A stretch of DNA of 64,000 nt from positions 13,036 to 77,035 of the forward strand of contig JAFZRT010000060.1 in NCBI GenBank assembly GCA_017619735.1, read 5' to 3'. Position 1 is the stretch's first letter. Each line of letters begins with the position of its first letter. A program made the position numbers and the translations under genes. Under the pieces are notes generated by a model. It was not told the DNA's origin. It ran no database searches and saw only the letters and a list, made by a program, of their open reading frames with translations. Below, piece by piece: positions 29,361-38,839 of this stretch. Source of the DNA: Clostridia bacterium. Lineage in GTDB: Bacteria > Bacillota > Clostridia > Christensenellales > CAG-138.

Positions 29361-29503
29361 TTAAGAAAATGCGAAGCATTTTCAGCCCCGGGTCATAAGA
29401 GAAATCGTGTTGGCATAAGACAGATTTCAAGCAAACAACAGCGCCCCCGGGCTTAAGCTCGGGGGCGCTGTTGTTACAGTTCAAGTCCGGAATGAATCAA
29501 TGT

Positions 29504-30733
29504 TCACGCCATGAACGCTTCGATCTCGTCCGGCTCCTTGATGATATCCTTCGACAGCACCTCGCACCCGTCCTCGGTGATCAGAAGATCGTCCTCGATG
29601 CGGATGCCGATCTCCTCTTCGTCGACGTAAAGCCCCGGCTCGTTGCTTATGATCCAGCCGGGCTTCAATACGTCGCCCGTAAAAGTGATGTCGTGGACGT
29701 CGATGCCGATGGAGTGGCTCACGCCGTGCATATAGTATTTGCCGACCTCGGAAACGTCGGCGATCTTGCCCATGGCGACGAGGCCTTCGCCGAGGACCTT
29801 CTTCGCGATATCGTTGAGATCCTTCGTCGTGACGCCGGGCTTCGCAGCCGCGGCTACCGCCCTGTTCGCTTTCAGGACCAGCTCGTAGAACTCGCGCTGC
29901 CTCGGGCTGAACTTGCCGTTCGCGGGATAGGTCCTCGTGATGTCGCTGCAGTAATTCTCATACTTTACGCCGAGATCCAGCAGTATCAGCGAGCCGTCCT
30001 TGACCTCGCAATGGTTCGTGACGTAGTGCATCATGCAGCCGTTGACGCCGGAGCCCGCTATCGTGGGGAACGACTGACGCGCGGCGCCGAGCCTTCTGCA
30101 GGTGTACTCAAAGTCCGCCTGCACCTGATATTCCAGCATGCCGGGCTTCAGGTTCTTCATCACGAATTCGAGGCCCTTCCTTGTGATATCCACCGCCTTG
30201 CGGACGCATTCGACCTCGTCCGCGTCCTTCTGCTCCCGAAGCGGCACGCAGACCGTATGCAGATCCTTGAGCTCCACGAAGGGATACGCCTCCCGGAACC
30301 GTTCCGCCATCACGAGATTATAGTCGGGCAGGTCGTTCATCCTGCAGCGGTACATGTCGAAGTACGCCCGCTCCACGCGGTAACGGCCAAGATACATTCC
30401 TATCGCGCCTTCCAGAGCGGGGACGTACTGCACGTCCTCGATGCCGGAGACGGCCTTGACCTCCTCCTTGGTGGGCATCTTCCCGGTCCACCTTTCCGAA
30501 TGAGGATCCGGCTCCTCAATGAAAAGGGTCTCCCGTGTTTTGTCCGCCGATTTATATGCGAGGAACGCCGTGTTCTCCCGCATGACGCCGGTCAGATAGA
30601 AATACTGGCTGTTGACCTCGAAAGCATGATAATCGTCCTCGTTGGCGTGGATGGGGACGCCGGCATAGGCGATCACCAGCGAGTTTTCCGGTATGGACCG
30701 ATACAGTTTTTCCCTGTGCTCTTTGAATGACAT
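29504..30733 (-). CDS. Xaa-Pro aminopeptidase (M24B family)
   Basis: 409 aa with the M24 metal-ligand region HGVSHSIGIDVHD and EPGLYV...GIRIED. Confidence 0.8.
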   Translation of the reverse strand: MSFKEHREKLYRSIPENSLVIAYAGVPIHANEDDYHAFEVNSQYFYLTGVMRENTAFLAYKSADKTRETLFIEEPDPHSERWTGKMPTKEEVKAVSGIEDVQYVPALEGAIGMYLGRYRVERAYFDMYRCRMNDLPDYNLVMAERFREAYPFVELKDLHTVCVPLREQKDADEVECVRKAVDITRKGLEFVMKNLKPGMLEYQVQADFEYTCRRLGAARQSFPTIAGSGVNGCMMHYVTNHCEVKDGSLILLDLGVKYENYCSDITRTYPANGKFSPRQREFYELVLKANRAVAAAAKPGVTTKDLNDIAKKVLGEGLVAMGKIADVSEVGKYYMHGVSHSIGIDVHDITFTGDVLKPGWIISNEPGLYVDEEEIGIRIEDDLLITEDGCEVLSKDIIKEPDEIEAFMA

Positions 30734-30826
30734 GACTTTTTCGACCTTTCTTCGATATTGTGACGCTGTTTGGCTTAACTATTGTACACCAAAGCGGGAT
30801 GGATTACAAGAAAGCGCCGCCTTGAT

Positions 30827-31381
30827 TCATGCTTTTGCGACGGTCAGTCTTGTCAGGGAATAGCCCTCGCGGAGCTTCCTGCAGTAGACGTCGGTGCATT
30901 TTCTGAAACGGGCGAAGGTCTTTTCGGCCTCCTTTTCGTTATTGTACGCCCGCCAGCAGCCCACGCATCTGCATCCGCTGTTCCTGTCGCACATGAAGCA
31001 GCGGACGTCCTCCGGCGGATAGCCCAGAAACAGCCCTATCTCGTGAGGGAACTCCTCCGAGCCGACGAGCCGTTCCATCAGTCCCTTAATAAGCCGTGAG
31101 ACCGAGCCGCCGTCATAGCCGCAGGAAGCGAGTATCGATCCGCTCAACGGGCATTTAAGATCCGCTTCGAGTCTCTCCGGGCGGTAAACGTAAATGAGCG
31201 CCCTGCCGTCGGATATGCGCAGCGGGATCATGCGGACGCCCTTATCCTTCAGCATGATGTTTACGGAGCGGATGCTCTCCGTGAGCTCCGCCTTGTCCCT
31301 GTATGTGTAATTGAACATATTCGCAGTCTTGAGCCCAGCGAGCGTGGGCGAACAGTGACGGACGATAAGCGCCTCCGACAT
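30827..31381 (-). CDS. DUF3793 family protein
   Basis: 184 aa from ATG 31381 (MSEALIVRHCSPTLAGLKTANMF...) after GGGAGAAG, with a Cys-rich C-terminal segment. The track ORF starts at 31432. Confidence 0.6.
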   Translation of the reverse strand: MSEALIVRHCSPTLAGLKTANMFNYTYRDKAELTESIRSVNIMLKDKGVRMIPLRISDGRALIYVYRPERLEADLKCPLSGSILASCGYDGGSVSRLIKGLMERLVGSEEFPHEIGLFLGYPPEDVRCFMCDRNSGCRCVGCWRAYNNEKEAEKTFARFRKCTDVYCRKLREGYSLTRLTVAKA

Positions 31382-31500
31382 CAGTCTTCTCCCTCGCCGC
31401 TTCCGCGGGTTTTTGCGATATAGGTCCTGCACGCGCGCTTTACGCCTTCCGAAAGCGCGATAAAGCCGGTGACGATCCCCGATACGACTATGATCTCCAT
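31381..31500 (-). CDS. 39-aa hydrophobic small ORF translationally coupled to the DUF3793 gene
   Basis: Not in the ORF track because it is too short. ATG at 31500 lies 6 nt after GGAGG. The product is MEIIVVSGIVTGFIALSEGVKRACRTYIAKTRGSGEGED, and its TGA overlaps the DUF3793 ATG (TGATG). Confidence 0.3.
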   Translation of the reverse strand: MEIIVVSGIVTGFIALSEGVKRACRTYIAKTRGSGEGED

Positions 31501-31565
31501 TTTACGCCTCCGTTTTTATCAATTCATAGCGGTCTGCTGTGAGTTAGCCGCTGCTAACTGCATGT

Positions 31566-31594
31566 GTTATAACAGGGAGGGCCGTGTTTGTCAA
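31566..31594 (-). promoter_or_regulatory. candidate sigma-A promoter (TTGACA-17-TATAAC) embedded in a gggagggc/gccctccc hairpin downstream of cbiP
   Basis: Reverse complement of 31589..31594 and 31566..31571, with a 17-nt spacer. Confidence 0.4.
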
Positions 31595-31663
31595 CAGCCC
31601 TCCCGCGGTTATTTTTGAAGTTTTTCGGAGCGTCGGGCATGGTTCCGCGGTCCCGCGGCCGGA

Positions 31664-33124
31664 TCACGCTTTGCGTTCCAGTATCCTATACACGAGCTCC
31701 ATATCGAGGCCTTCGCGGACGGCGGAGGCGAGCTTGTCGTACTGTGCCTCCTTATAGGCCTTCGGATCGAATGAGCCGAGATCGTCGAAGGCGGCGCCTT
31801 TTTTTGCGCAGAGGGCGCGGAGCACGGCCTCGGCAACGCCGGCCGAGTCGAACACGCCGTGGACATAGCTCCCGTAGACGCTGCCGTTTGAGATGACGGC
31901 GGGGAGCGCGCCGCTCCTGCCCATGTGGATCTCGTAGCCCTCGTAAGAAATGCCGTTGAGCGCGGAGAAAATGCCGGGGATATCGCCAAAAACGCCGCGG
32001 GTCTGGCGCTGTACCTTTTCTCCCTCAAATACCGTTTCGATGGGCAGTAGGCCCATGCCTGCGATCTCGTTTATGCCCGACGCCTCCACGCCCGCGGGAT
32101 CCGAGATGCGTTCGCCCAGCATCTGATACCCGCCGCAGACGCCGAAAACGACGGTGTTCCGCGAGGCCGCCTGCTTTATCCTCGCTTCGAGCCCGCTTTC
32201 GCGCAGCCAGACGAGGTCGGATATGGTGCTCTTGGTGCCGGGAATGACTATCATATCGGGCTCGCCGAGGTCGGCGGGCTTTTCGATATAGCGGACGGAG
32301 ACGTTCTCGAAGCGCTCGAACGGCGCGAGATCGGTGAAATTGGATATGCGCGGCAGCTTTATCGCGGCGATATCTATCAGCTTTTTCGCGTTCCGGCGGG
32401 TGAAGCGTTCGGAAAGACTGTCCTCGTCGTCGATATCGACGCGGACGTAGGGCACGACCCCCGCGACGGGCACGCCGCAGAGCTTTTCAAGCATCTCAAG
32501 GCCGGGCTCCAGTATCTTCCTGTCGCCGCGGAACTTGTTGACGACGGTGCCCTTTATCCTTGCGCGTTCGTCGGGCTCGAGCAGGGCGACGGTGCCGTAG
32601 AGCTGCGCGAAAACGCCGCCGCGGTCTATGTCGCCGACGAGCAGCACGGGCGCGTCGACCATTTTCGCAAGGCCCATATTGACTATGTCCTCCGCCTTGA
32701 GGTTGATCTCGGCGGGGCTGCCCGCGCCCTCGATGACTATTATATCGTTCTCCGCCGCGAGGGAATCGTACGCCTCCGTTATAGCGGGGATGAACTCGCG
32801 CTTTCTTTTATAATATTCCATCGCGCGCATGTTGCCGATGGGCCGTCCGTTCACGATTATCTGGGAGCCGACGTCGGTGGTGGGCTTCAGGAGTATCGGG
32901 TTCATGCGGACGTCGGGCTCCGTGCCGGCGGCCTCCGCCTGTACCACCTGCGCGCGTCCCATCTCGAATCCGTCCCTCGTTATGAAGGAATTGAGCGCCA
33001 TGTTCTGGCTCTTGAAGGGGGCGACGCGATACCCGTCCTGCCTGAAAATGCGGCAGAGGCCCGCCGCGATGAGGCTCTTGCCGGCGTTCGACATCGTGCC
33101 CTGTATCATTATGTTCCTTGCCAT
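31664..33124 (-). CDS. cbiP: cobyric acid synthase
   Basis: 486 aa. N-terminus [23 protein letters not shown], with a C-terminal glutamine amidotransferase-like domain ([10 protein letters not shown]). Confidence 0.9.
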   Translation of the reverse strand: MARNIMIQGTMSNAGKSLIAAGLCRIFRQDGYRVAPFKSQNMALNSFITRDGFEMGRAQVVQAEAAGTEPDVRMNPILLKPTTDVGSQIIVNGRPIGNMRAMEYYKRKREFIPAITEAYDSLAAENDIIVIEGAGSPAEINLKAEDIVNMGLAKMVDAPVLLVGDIDRGGVFAQLYGTVALLEPDERARIKGTVVNKFRGDRKILEPGLEMLEKLCGVPVAGVVPYVRVDIDDEDSLSERFTRRNAKKLIDIAAIKLPRISNFTDLAPFERFENVSVRYIEKPADLGEPDMIVIPGTKSTISDLVWLRESGLEARIKQAASRNTVVFGVCGGYQMLGERISDPAGVEASGINEIAGMGLLPIETVFEGEKVQRQTRGVFGDIPGIFSALNGISYEGYEIHMGRSGALPAVISNGSVYGSYVHGVFDSAGVAEAVLRALCAKKGAAFDDLGSFDPKAYKEAQYDKLASAVREGLDMELVYRILERKA

Positions 33125-34161
33125 TTCAATACCTCCGATACAGCTTCGGCGAGCCGGTCGTTTTCCTCCGGGAGCTTCACGGCGACGCGGTAACAGCCCT
33201 CGCCGAGGCCGTGATAGTTCGCGCAGTTCCTGATCTTTATCCCCATTTTGAGGAGGCCTTCGTCAAGCCCGGGGCTTCCCTTTATCAGCAGGAAGTTGAC
33301 CTCGGAATCGAACACGGCAAAGCCGAGCTTTTTGAGCTCCGCCGCCATGCGAGGACGCTCTTTTTTTATGAACAGGCGGGTCTTTTCAATGAAGGCGGTC
33401 TCCGACAAGGCCGCGATCCCCGCTTCCTGCGCGGCGGACGAGACGTTCCACGGCTGAACGGCGCGGGACATCCGGGTAAGAAGCTCCGCGTCGGCGCTGA
33501 GGCAGTAGCCGAGGCGCAGCCCCGCCATGCCATGGGCCTTTGTGAACGCCTTTATGACGGCGGCGTTGGGATACTCGGCAAGCCGCGGGACGAAGCTCGC
33601 CGGCTCGTCCGCAAGATCCATGAAGCACTCGTCGAGGAAAAGGCGGCAGCCCGCATCGCGGCATTTTCGCGCCGCTTCCTCGATAAGGCCCGGGTCGGCG
33701 GAAACGCCCGTCGGGTTGTTGGGATTGCAGAGGAACACCGCTTCGGGCTTCGCTTCATCAACAAAATCGATGAAGTCCCGCGTCGGGCGGAAGCCGTTTT
33801 CCTCCTTTAGATAAAACCTGTTTATGTCCGCATCCGCGAGCGGCAGAGAGTATTCTGCGAAGGTCGGAGCGAGCTCGGCGGCCCTGCCCGGTCTAACTGC
33901 GGATGCGAAGGAATAGATGAGCTCCGCCGCGCCAGCGCCGCAGAGGACGTACTCCTTCGGCACGTTCTCGTGCTCCGCTATCGCCGAAACGAGCCTGCGG
34001 CAATACGGATCGGGATATGCCGAAAGCCGGTCAAGGCATGCGGAAACGGCCGCCTTCACGCCCTCGGGAACGCCGAAGGGGTTGGTGTTGGCGGAAAAGT
34101 CGAGCTCGATTTTTCCCTCGTAGATATCCCCGCCGTGGGGGTTTTCGGTGTTATAGAGCAT
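33109..34161 (-). CDS. cobD: threonine-phosphate decarboxylase (class II aminotransferase fold)
   Basis: 350 aa with N-terminal ENPHGGDIY and an aminotransferase-like core, positioned between cbiB and cbiP. Confidence 0.8.
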   Translation of the reverse strand: MLYNTENPHGGDIYEGKIELDFSANTNPFGVPEGVKAAVSACLDRLSAYPDPYCRRLVSAIAEHENVPKEYVLCGAGAAELIYSFASAVRPGRAAELAPTFAEYSLPLADADINRFYLKEENGFRPTRDFIDFVDEAKPEAVFLCNPNNPTGVSADPGLIEEAARKCRDAGCRLFLDECFMDLADEPASFVPRLAEYPNAAVIKAFTKAHGMAGLRLGYCLSADAELLTRMSRAVQPWNVSSAAQEAGIAALSETAFIEKTRLFIKKERPRMAAELKKLGFAVFDSEVNFLLIKGSPGLDEGLLKMGIKIRNCANYHGLGEGCYRVAVKLPEENDRLAEAVSEVLKWQGT

Positions 34162-35134
34162 TTATCAGCACCAGTGCGGCGAGCCTGAGCCCGCCGAAGA
34201 GTATCAGCGCGAGGAATGCCGTCATGAACATTATGCGGTTCGCGCGGGAAACGTCCCCGCTTTCGATCTCACGCAGGGGATCGCCGATGAACTCCTTCTT
34301 GTGGAGCACGCCGTGATAGTACGCGTCGCCCGCAAGGCGCAGACCCAAAAGCCCCGCCATGACGGACTCGGTCTGCGCGGAATTGGGGCTCGCGTGCTTA
34401 TAGCGGTCGCGCCTGAATATGCGCAGACCGTTCTTCATGCTGAAGCCGAGCACGCCTCCGCCCGTGAGCATCAGTATCGCGGATACCCGCGCGGGGATGA
34501 AGTTGAAAACATCGTCGAGCTTCGCCGGGACGAGCCCGAAATGCTTATACGGCGGCTCGACGTAGCCGAGCATCGAATCCATCGTGTTGACGGCCTTGTA
34601 GAGCATGCCGAGCGGGCCGCCTCCCATCGCAAGGAATATGAGCGGCGCGATCACGCCGTCGGAGGTGTTCTCGGCGACGGTCTCGACCGCGGCTCTGGCG
34701 ACGGCCTTTTCGTCGAGCCCGGCGGTGTCGCGCCCGACTATCATCGAAACGGCGCGGCGCGAGGCCTCGATATCGCCCGAATCGAGGGCTTTTTTTACCT
34801 TCATGCTCTCGCGGCATAGCGACCTTGCGGCAAGGCACTGCCAGCACATGACGCTCTCGGCGCCGAATCCGAGCCACGGGCTGATATGATAGCAGAGCAT
34901 CAGTATCGCCGCGGGGACGAGGAAAGAGAGCGCGGCGACGGTCAGCCAAAGCAGGCCGCCCGCGGCGTTCTCCCCGCGCTTCGTCTTTGGAAACACGCGG
35001 CGAAGCAGCTTTTCGAGCGCGGAGATGAGCTTCCCCATCAGCACCACGGGATGCGGCACGAAATGCGGATCTCCGATGAGAAGGTCTATGAGCGCCCCCG
35101 CGAGGAGCGCGTAAAGCGACCAATACCCGAACAT
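34151..35134 (-). CDS. cbiB: adenosylcobinamide-phosphate synthase
   Basis: 327-aa membrane protein with the N-terminal motif LIGDPHFVPHPVVLMGKLI. Confidence 0.85.
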   Translation of the reverse strand: MFGYWSLYALLAGALIDLLIGDPHFVPHPVVLMGKLISALEKLLRRVFPKTKRGENAAGGLLWLTVAALSFLVPAAILMLCYHISPWLGFGAESVMCWQCLAARSLCRESMKVKKALDSGDIEASRRAVSMIVGRDTAGLDEKAVARAAVETVAENTSDGVIAPLIFLAMGGGPLGMLYKAVNTMDSMLGYVEPPYKHFGLVPAKLDDVFNFIPARVSAILMLTGGGVLGFSMKNGLRIFRRDRYKHASPNSAQTESVMAGLLGLRLAGDAYYHGVLHKKEFIGDPLREIESGDVSRANRIMFMTAFLALILFGGLRLAALVLINAL

Positions 35135-37104
35135 TACTTTTGCAGAGTGAAGATATAGACCGGGTTCTGCCCGATCATGAGGTCATAGTCCCCGGCTCTT
35201 CGCGCCTTGGATACGTTAAGGCAGACGACCTCCGTATAGGCAAAGGCCGTTTCCTTCATTATCGCGGTCAGATCCGACACGGTCTCCAGGGAGATCGCCG
35301 CGGCTACAATGCGGCAGCGCGGGTTTTTATCGAGTATGAGCGAAACGATCCCGCGCATATTGCCGGAGCTCCCTCCGATGAAGGCGTGCGTCGGCGCGGG
35401 AAGATCGCTTAGGACTTCGGGGGCTTCGCCCTCCGTGATCCCGACGTTATTGAGGCCGAACTTTTTGACGTTCTCGTTCAGGAGCTCGGCCGCCTCGGGC
35501 TTTTTCTCGACGGCGAACACCCTGCCGCAGGGGTAGGAAAGCGCCGCCTCGACCGTTACGGAGCCGGTGCCCGCGCCGATATCCCATACGACGGAGTCGG
35601 CGTTCAGGCGGAGCTTCGACATCACCACCGCGCGCACCTCCGACTTGGTCATGGGCACGGCGGGCTTTTCCGACGGGTTCCTCAGGAAGGCCTCGTCGGG
35701 GAGGCCCGCGGCGGCGCTTTCGGGAGCGCGGTTTTCGATAAGCACCGCGGAGAGCGGATCGAACGATCTGCCCGCCAGTTCTGCCGCGGTCCCGCTCGTT
35801 ATGCGTTCGTCATCATAGCCGAGCCTTTCGCCGACGGTCACGCTTACGCCGTCGAGCCCGGCTTCCGTCAGCTCGTCAACGAGCTTCCCCGCGCCGTTCC
35901 CGCCGCCTACGAGAGCGAAAACGCAGCGGTTCCTGCGCACGGCGGGAACGATGCAGCCGTCTCTGCCGTGCAGGCTGACGGTCACGGCGTCCTCATACGA
36001 GACGCAGGCCTTTGCGCAGAGGTAAGCCAGGGAGCTCACCCCGGGTATGACGGTCAGCTCGCAGAAATCGAGCTTCGGTATGAGCTTTTTCGCCCCGCTG
36101 TAAAAGCCGACGTCGCCGCTCATCAATACGGCGAAGCGGGAAAGCTCCTTGTGTTCCCTTATGAATCCGACGATCGCGTCGGGCGAGACCGCCTCGAACA
36201 CGGTCTGGTCGGGGCGGGCTGCTTCCAGCATCCGCTTTGCGCCGATGAGGCATTCGGCGTTCGTCACCGCCTCGCTCGCCTCTATCGTCATGCCGCGCTT
36301 CGCGCCGGGACCGATCCCGACGACGGCGACCTTCGGACGGGCGGTGAATCCGAAGCGCTTTTCAAGATATTCCAGCGTTTCGCCGAGGGAGCTGCCGAGC
36401 GCGCCGCTCTCCGGGCGGCCTATCACGATGAGCTTCGCCCCCGCCTTCATCGCGGCGAGCGCCTTCTCCTCAAAGCCGCCCGCCCTACCGGATTCCTTTG
36501 TTACGACGTAGGCGGCGTTCACGGACTTTATCATGGCGGCGTTCATGCCGACGGAGAACGGCCCCTGCATCGCGAGTATGTGCGAGGGCTTGAGGCCCGC
36601 CTCGCGGCATGCCGAAATGGAGCTTTCGACGGGCAGGACCCTTGCGAATGCGCGCTCCGCGAAATCCTCTATCGCGGCAAAATCCGCAAGCTCCTTCGAG
36701 CCCGTGGTAAGCAGTATGTTGCCGACGGCGCCGTTGAGGTATTCGACGGCCGCCGCCGTATCGCTGACGCAGACGGCGCTCTGCGGCATACCCTCTCCCC
36801 CGCGCTCGACGCGGAGATACTCCGTATTCGTGTTGAGGCACGCCTGCATGAGGTTTTCCGTCACGGCGGAGGCGTAAGGGTGAGTCGCGTCGATGACGAG
36901 ATCGAATCGCTCGGTGCCGAACAGCTCCTCCATATGCGGCTCGTCCAGGCGGCCGGTGAGCACGGTAAGCCTGTCGGCGGGCTCTATGAGCTCGCCGCCG
37001 TACTCGGTAGCGGCGCAGGCGGTTATCCGGACGTCCTGTTCCCTCAGGAAGTCTACGAGCCGGCGGCCTTCTGTCGTGCCGGCGAAAATGCAGATGTTTG
37101 CCAT
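35134..37104 (-). CDS. cbiJET: trifunctional fusion of precorrin-6A reductase (CbiJ), cobalt-precorrin-7 C5-methyltransferase (CbiE) and cobalt-precorrin-6B C15-methyltransferase, decarboxylating (CbiT)
   Basis: 656 aa. The N-terminus MANICIFAGTTEGRRL is CobK/CbiJ-like. The middle KVAVVGIGPGAKRGMTIEA is CbiE-like. The C-terminus PMTKSEVRAVVMSKL...WDIGAGTGSVTVEAA is CbiT-like with a SAM-binding motif. Confidence 0.8.
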   Translation of the reverse strand: MANICIFAGTTEGRRLVDFLREQDVRITACAATEYGGELIEPADRLTVLTGRLDEPHMEELFGTERFDLVIDATHPYASAVTENLMQACLNTNTEYLRVERGGEGMPQSAVCVSDTAAAVEYLNGAVGNILLTTGSKELADFAAIEDFAERAFARVLPVESSISACREAGLKPSHILAMQGPFSVGMNAAMIKSVNAAYVVTKESGRAGGFEEKALAAMKAGAKLIVIGRPESGALGSSLGETLEYLEKRFGFTARPKVAVVGIGPGAKRGMTIEASEAVTNAECLIGAKRMLEAARPDQTVFEAVSPDAIVGFIREHKELSRFAVLMSGDVGFYSGAKKLIPKLDFCELTVIPGVSSLAYLCAKACVSYEDAVTVSLHGRDGCIVPAVRRNRCVFALVGGGNGAGKLVDELTEAGLDGVSVTVGERLGYDDERITSGTAAELAGRSFDPLSAVLIENRAPESAAAGLPDEAFLRNPSEKPAVPMTKSEVRAVVMSKLRLNADSVVWDIGAGTGSVTVEAALSYPCGRVFAVEKKPEAAELLNENVKKFGLNNVGITEGEAPEVLSDLPAPTHAFIGGSSGNMRGIVSLILDKNPRCRIVAAAISLETVSDLTAIMKETAFAYTEVVCLNVSKARRAGDYDLMIGQNPVYIFTLQK

Positions 37105-37836
37105 TTATACCTCCCTGTACCCTCTGGGGGTGACCATGTTTCCGTTGATCGTTTCGGTATGCGAATTGCCTATGAACACCGTCGAGAACATGTCGGCGGA
37201 GAACGACGCGAGCTCGGTCAAGCTCATGATAAAGCGCTCCTCGCCATCGCGCCCGATATTGCGGGCGACGCCGCAGACGCAGTCCTCCGGCAGTGTTTTC
37301 ATCAGTATTTCACATGCTTTTTTGAGGTGCTCCGGGCGGCCGCGGCTCGCGGGGTTGTACAGGACTATCGAAAGATCCGCCTCCGCAGCGCAGGCGAGCC
37401 GCCTTTCTATGAGCGCCCATTCGGTAAGTCTGTCGGAGAGCGATATCACGGCGAAATCATGCGTGAGCGGGGCTCCCAGAAGCGCCGCGCCGGAGCAGGC
37501 GGCGGTGAGACCCGGGACGACCTCTATCGCGGGGTCGTCGTCCTCCCCGCGCAGCTCGAAACAGAGGCCCGCCATGCCGTAAATGCCGCTGTCGCCGGAG
37601 CAGACGAGCGCGACCGTCCTGCCCTTTTTCGCCTCGTCCAGCGCCATGCGGCAGCGCTCCGCCTCCCGCGTCATGGGGGTGGTGAGATATTCCTTTTCGG
37701 GATAGCGCGGCTTAACGAGATCGACGTACACGTGATACCCGATCACGGCGTCCGCGCGTTTTATCGCCTCGTCCGCGCGCACGGTCATGTTTTCGTAATT
37801 GCCGGGGCCGATGCCCACAACGTAAAGCTTACCCAA
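37105..37836 (-). CDS. cbiH: cobalt-precorrin-3 C17-methyltransferase
   Basis: 243 aa with N-terminus KLYVVGIGPGNYENMTVRADEAIKRADAVIGY. Confidence 0.85.
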   Translation of the reverse strand: MGKLYVVGIGPGNYENMTVRADEAIKRADAVIGYHVYVDLVKPRYPEKEYLTTPMTREAERCRMALDEAKKGRTVALVCSGDSGIYGMAGLCFELRGEDDDPAIEVVPGLTAACSGAALLGAPLTHDFAVISLSDRLTEWALIERRLACAAEADLSIVLYNPASRGRPEHLKKACEILMKTLPEDCVCGVARNIGRDGEERFIMSLTELASFSADMFSTVFIGNSHTETINGNMVTPRGYREV

Positions 37837-38839
37837 ATCGCACCTCCGTTTTGATGAGAGCGGCCGCGACCGTCACGCCGTTTGCCGCAGTTTTTCCGAT
37901 GATGAGCTCGTCCGCGCCGATGAGCGCGGCCCTTTCGCACACGTTATCCACTCCCGTCACGCTCTTCACGAATTCGGAGGGCGTGAAATCGCCGCGGACC
38001 GCGTTCAGCTCGGCCGCTGAATAAAAGTCGACGGGGACGCCTTTCTCGCGGCAGTATTCCAGAAGTCCCGCCTCGTCTTTCTTGAGGTCGATCGACGCGG
38101 CGGACCTTACCGCGCGGGGGTCGATCCCGTTTTCCGAGAGCGCCGCGCCGACCGCGCTTGCGATCGCGTCCTTCGGCGTTCCCCTGCGGCAGCCAATGCC
38201 GAGGACAACGCATTTGGGTATAAGGCGCAGCGTGCGGTCAAAGGGCTCGGCGGTCCTGTAGGTTATGTAAACGCCCGTCCCGCCCTCGCCGTATCTCAGC
38301 CCCGCGGGAAGCTCGCCCGTTACGGGGAAATCGCTCCTTATGGGGACGTCGCCCTCCAGCACGGCCGCGGAAACGGCCTTCGCCGCCTCCATGTCGCTTA
38401 TGGCGAGGCCCTGCGCTTTCGCCCACGAATCAACGGAAAACCGACCGTTGGAATCGGTCGCCGTGGTTATGACGGGCACGGCGCCTATCGCCTCCGCTAT
38501 CCGCTCCGCGAGAGCGTTTGCGCCGCCCAGATGCCCCGACAGCAGGGAGACGGCGAACCTGCCCGTTTCGTCGACCGCGATGACCGCGGGGTCGGTCGTT
38601 TTGCTCTTTACGAACGGGGCGACGGAGCGCACCGCTATCCCGCAGGAGGAGACGAAAACGAGCGCCTCGGATGCGCCGAACGCCTCCCCGTAGAGCGGCG
38701 CGGAGGGCTTGGGTATCGGCAGGAAGCCGTCCCCCGCGAGCCTTTCCGCGGTGTAGAAGCGGAGCTCTCCCGAAAGCGCCCCGCCTATCCTTCGCGCGGT
38801 CTCCATGCCCTTTCTGCTGTATGCGAAAAGCGTTATCAT
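37829..38839 (-). CDS. cbiG: cobalt-precorrin-5A hydrolase
   Basis: Start set at ATG 38839 (MITLFAYSRKG...), which overlaps the cbiF stop (ATGA). A C-terminal LGIGCRRGT motif is present. The track ORF extends to 39010. Confidence 0.8.
   Translation of the reverse strand: MITLFAYSRKGMETARRIGGALSGELRFYTAERLAGDGFLPIPKPSAPLYGEAFGASEALVFVSSCGIAVRSVAPFVKSKTTDPAVIAVDETGRFAVSLLSGHLGGANALAERIAEAIGAVPVITTATDSNGRFSVDSWAKAQGLAISDMEAAKAVSAAVLEGDVPIRSDFPVTGELPAGLRYGEGGTGVYITYRTAEPFDRTLRLIPKCVVLGIGCRRGTPKDAIASAVGAALSENGIDPRAVRSAASIDLKKDEAGLLEYCREKGVPVDFYSAAELNAVRGDFTPSEFVKSVTGVDNVCERAALIGADELIIGKTAANGVTVAAALIKTEVRFG

Noticed and set aside
26040-29503. Searched for an integrase, serine recombinase or transposase that would make the island an active element
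   Set aside because: None of the ORFs in or next to the patch resembles a recombinase. The element is therefore called a remnant, not an active mobile element.
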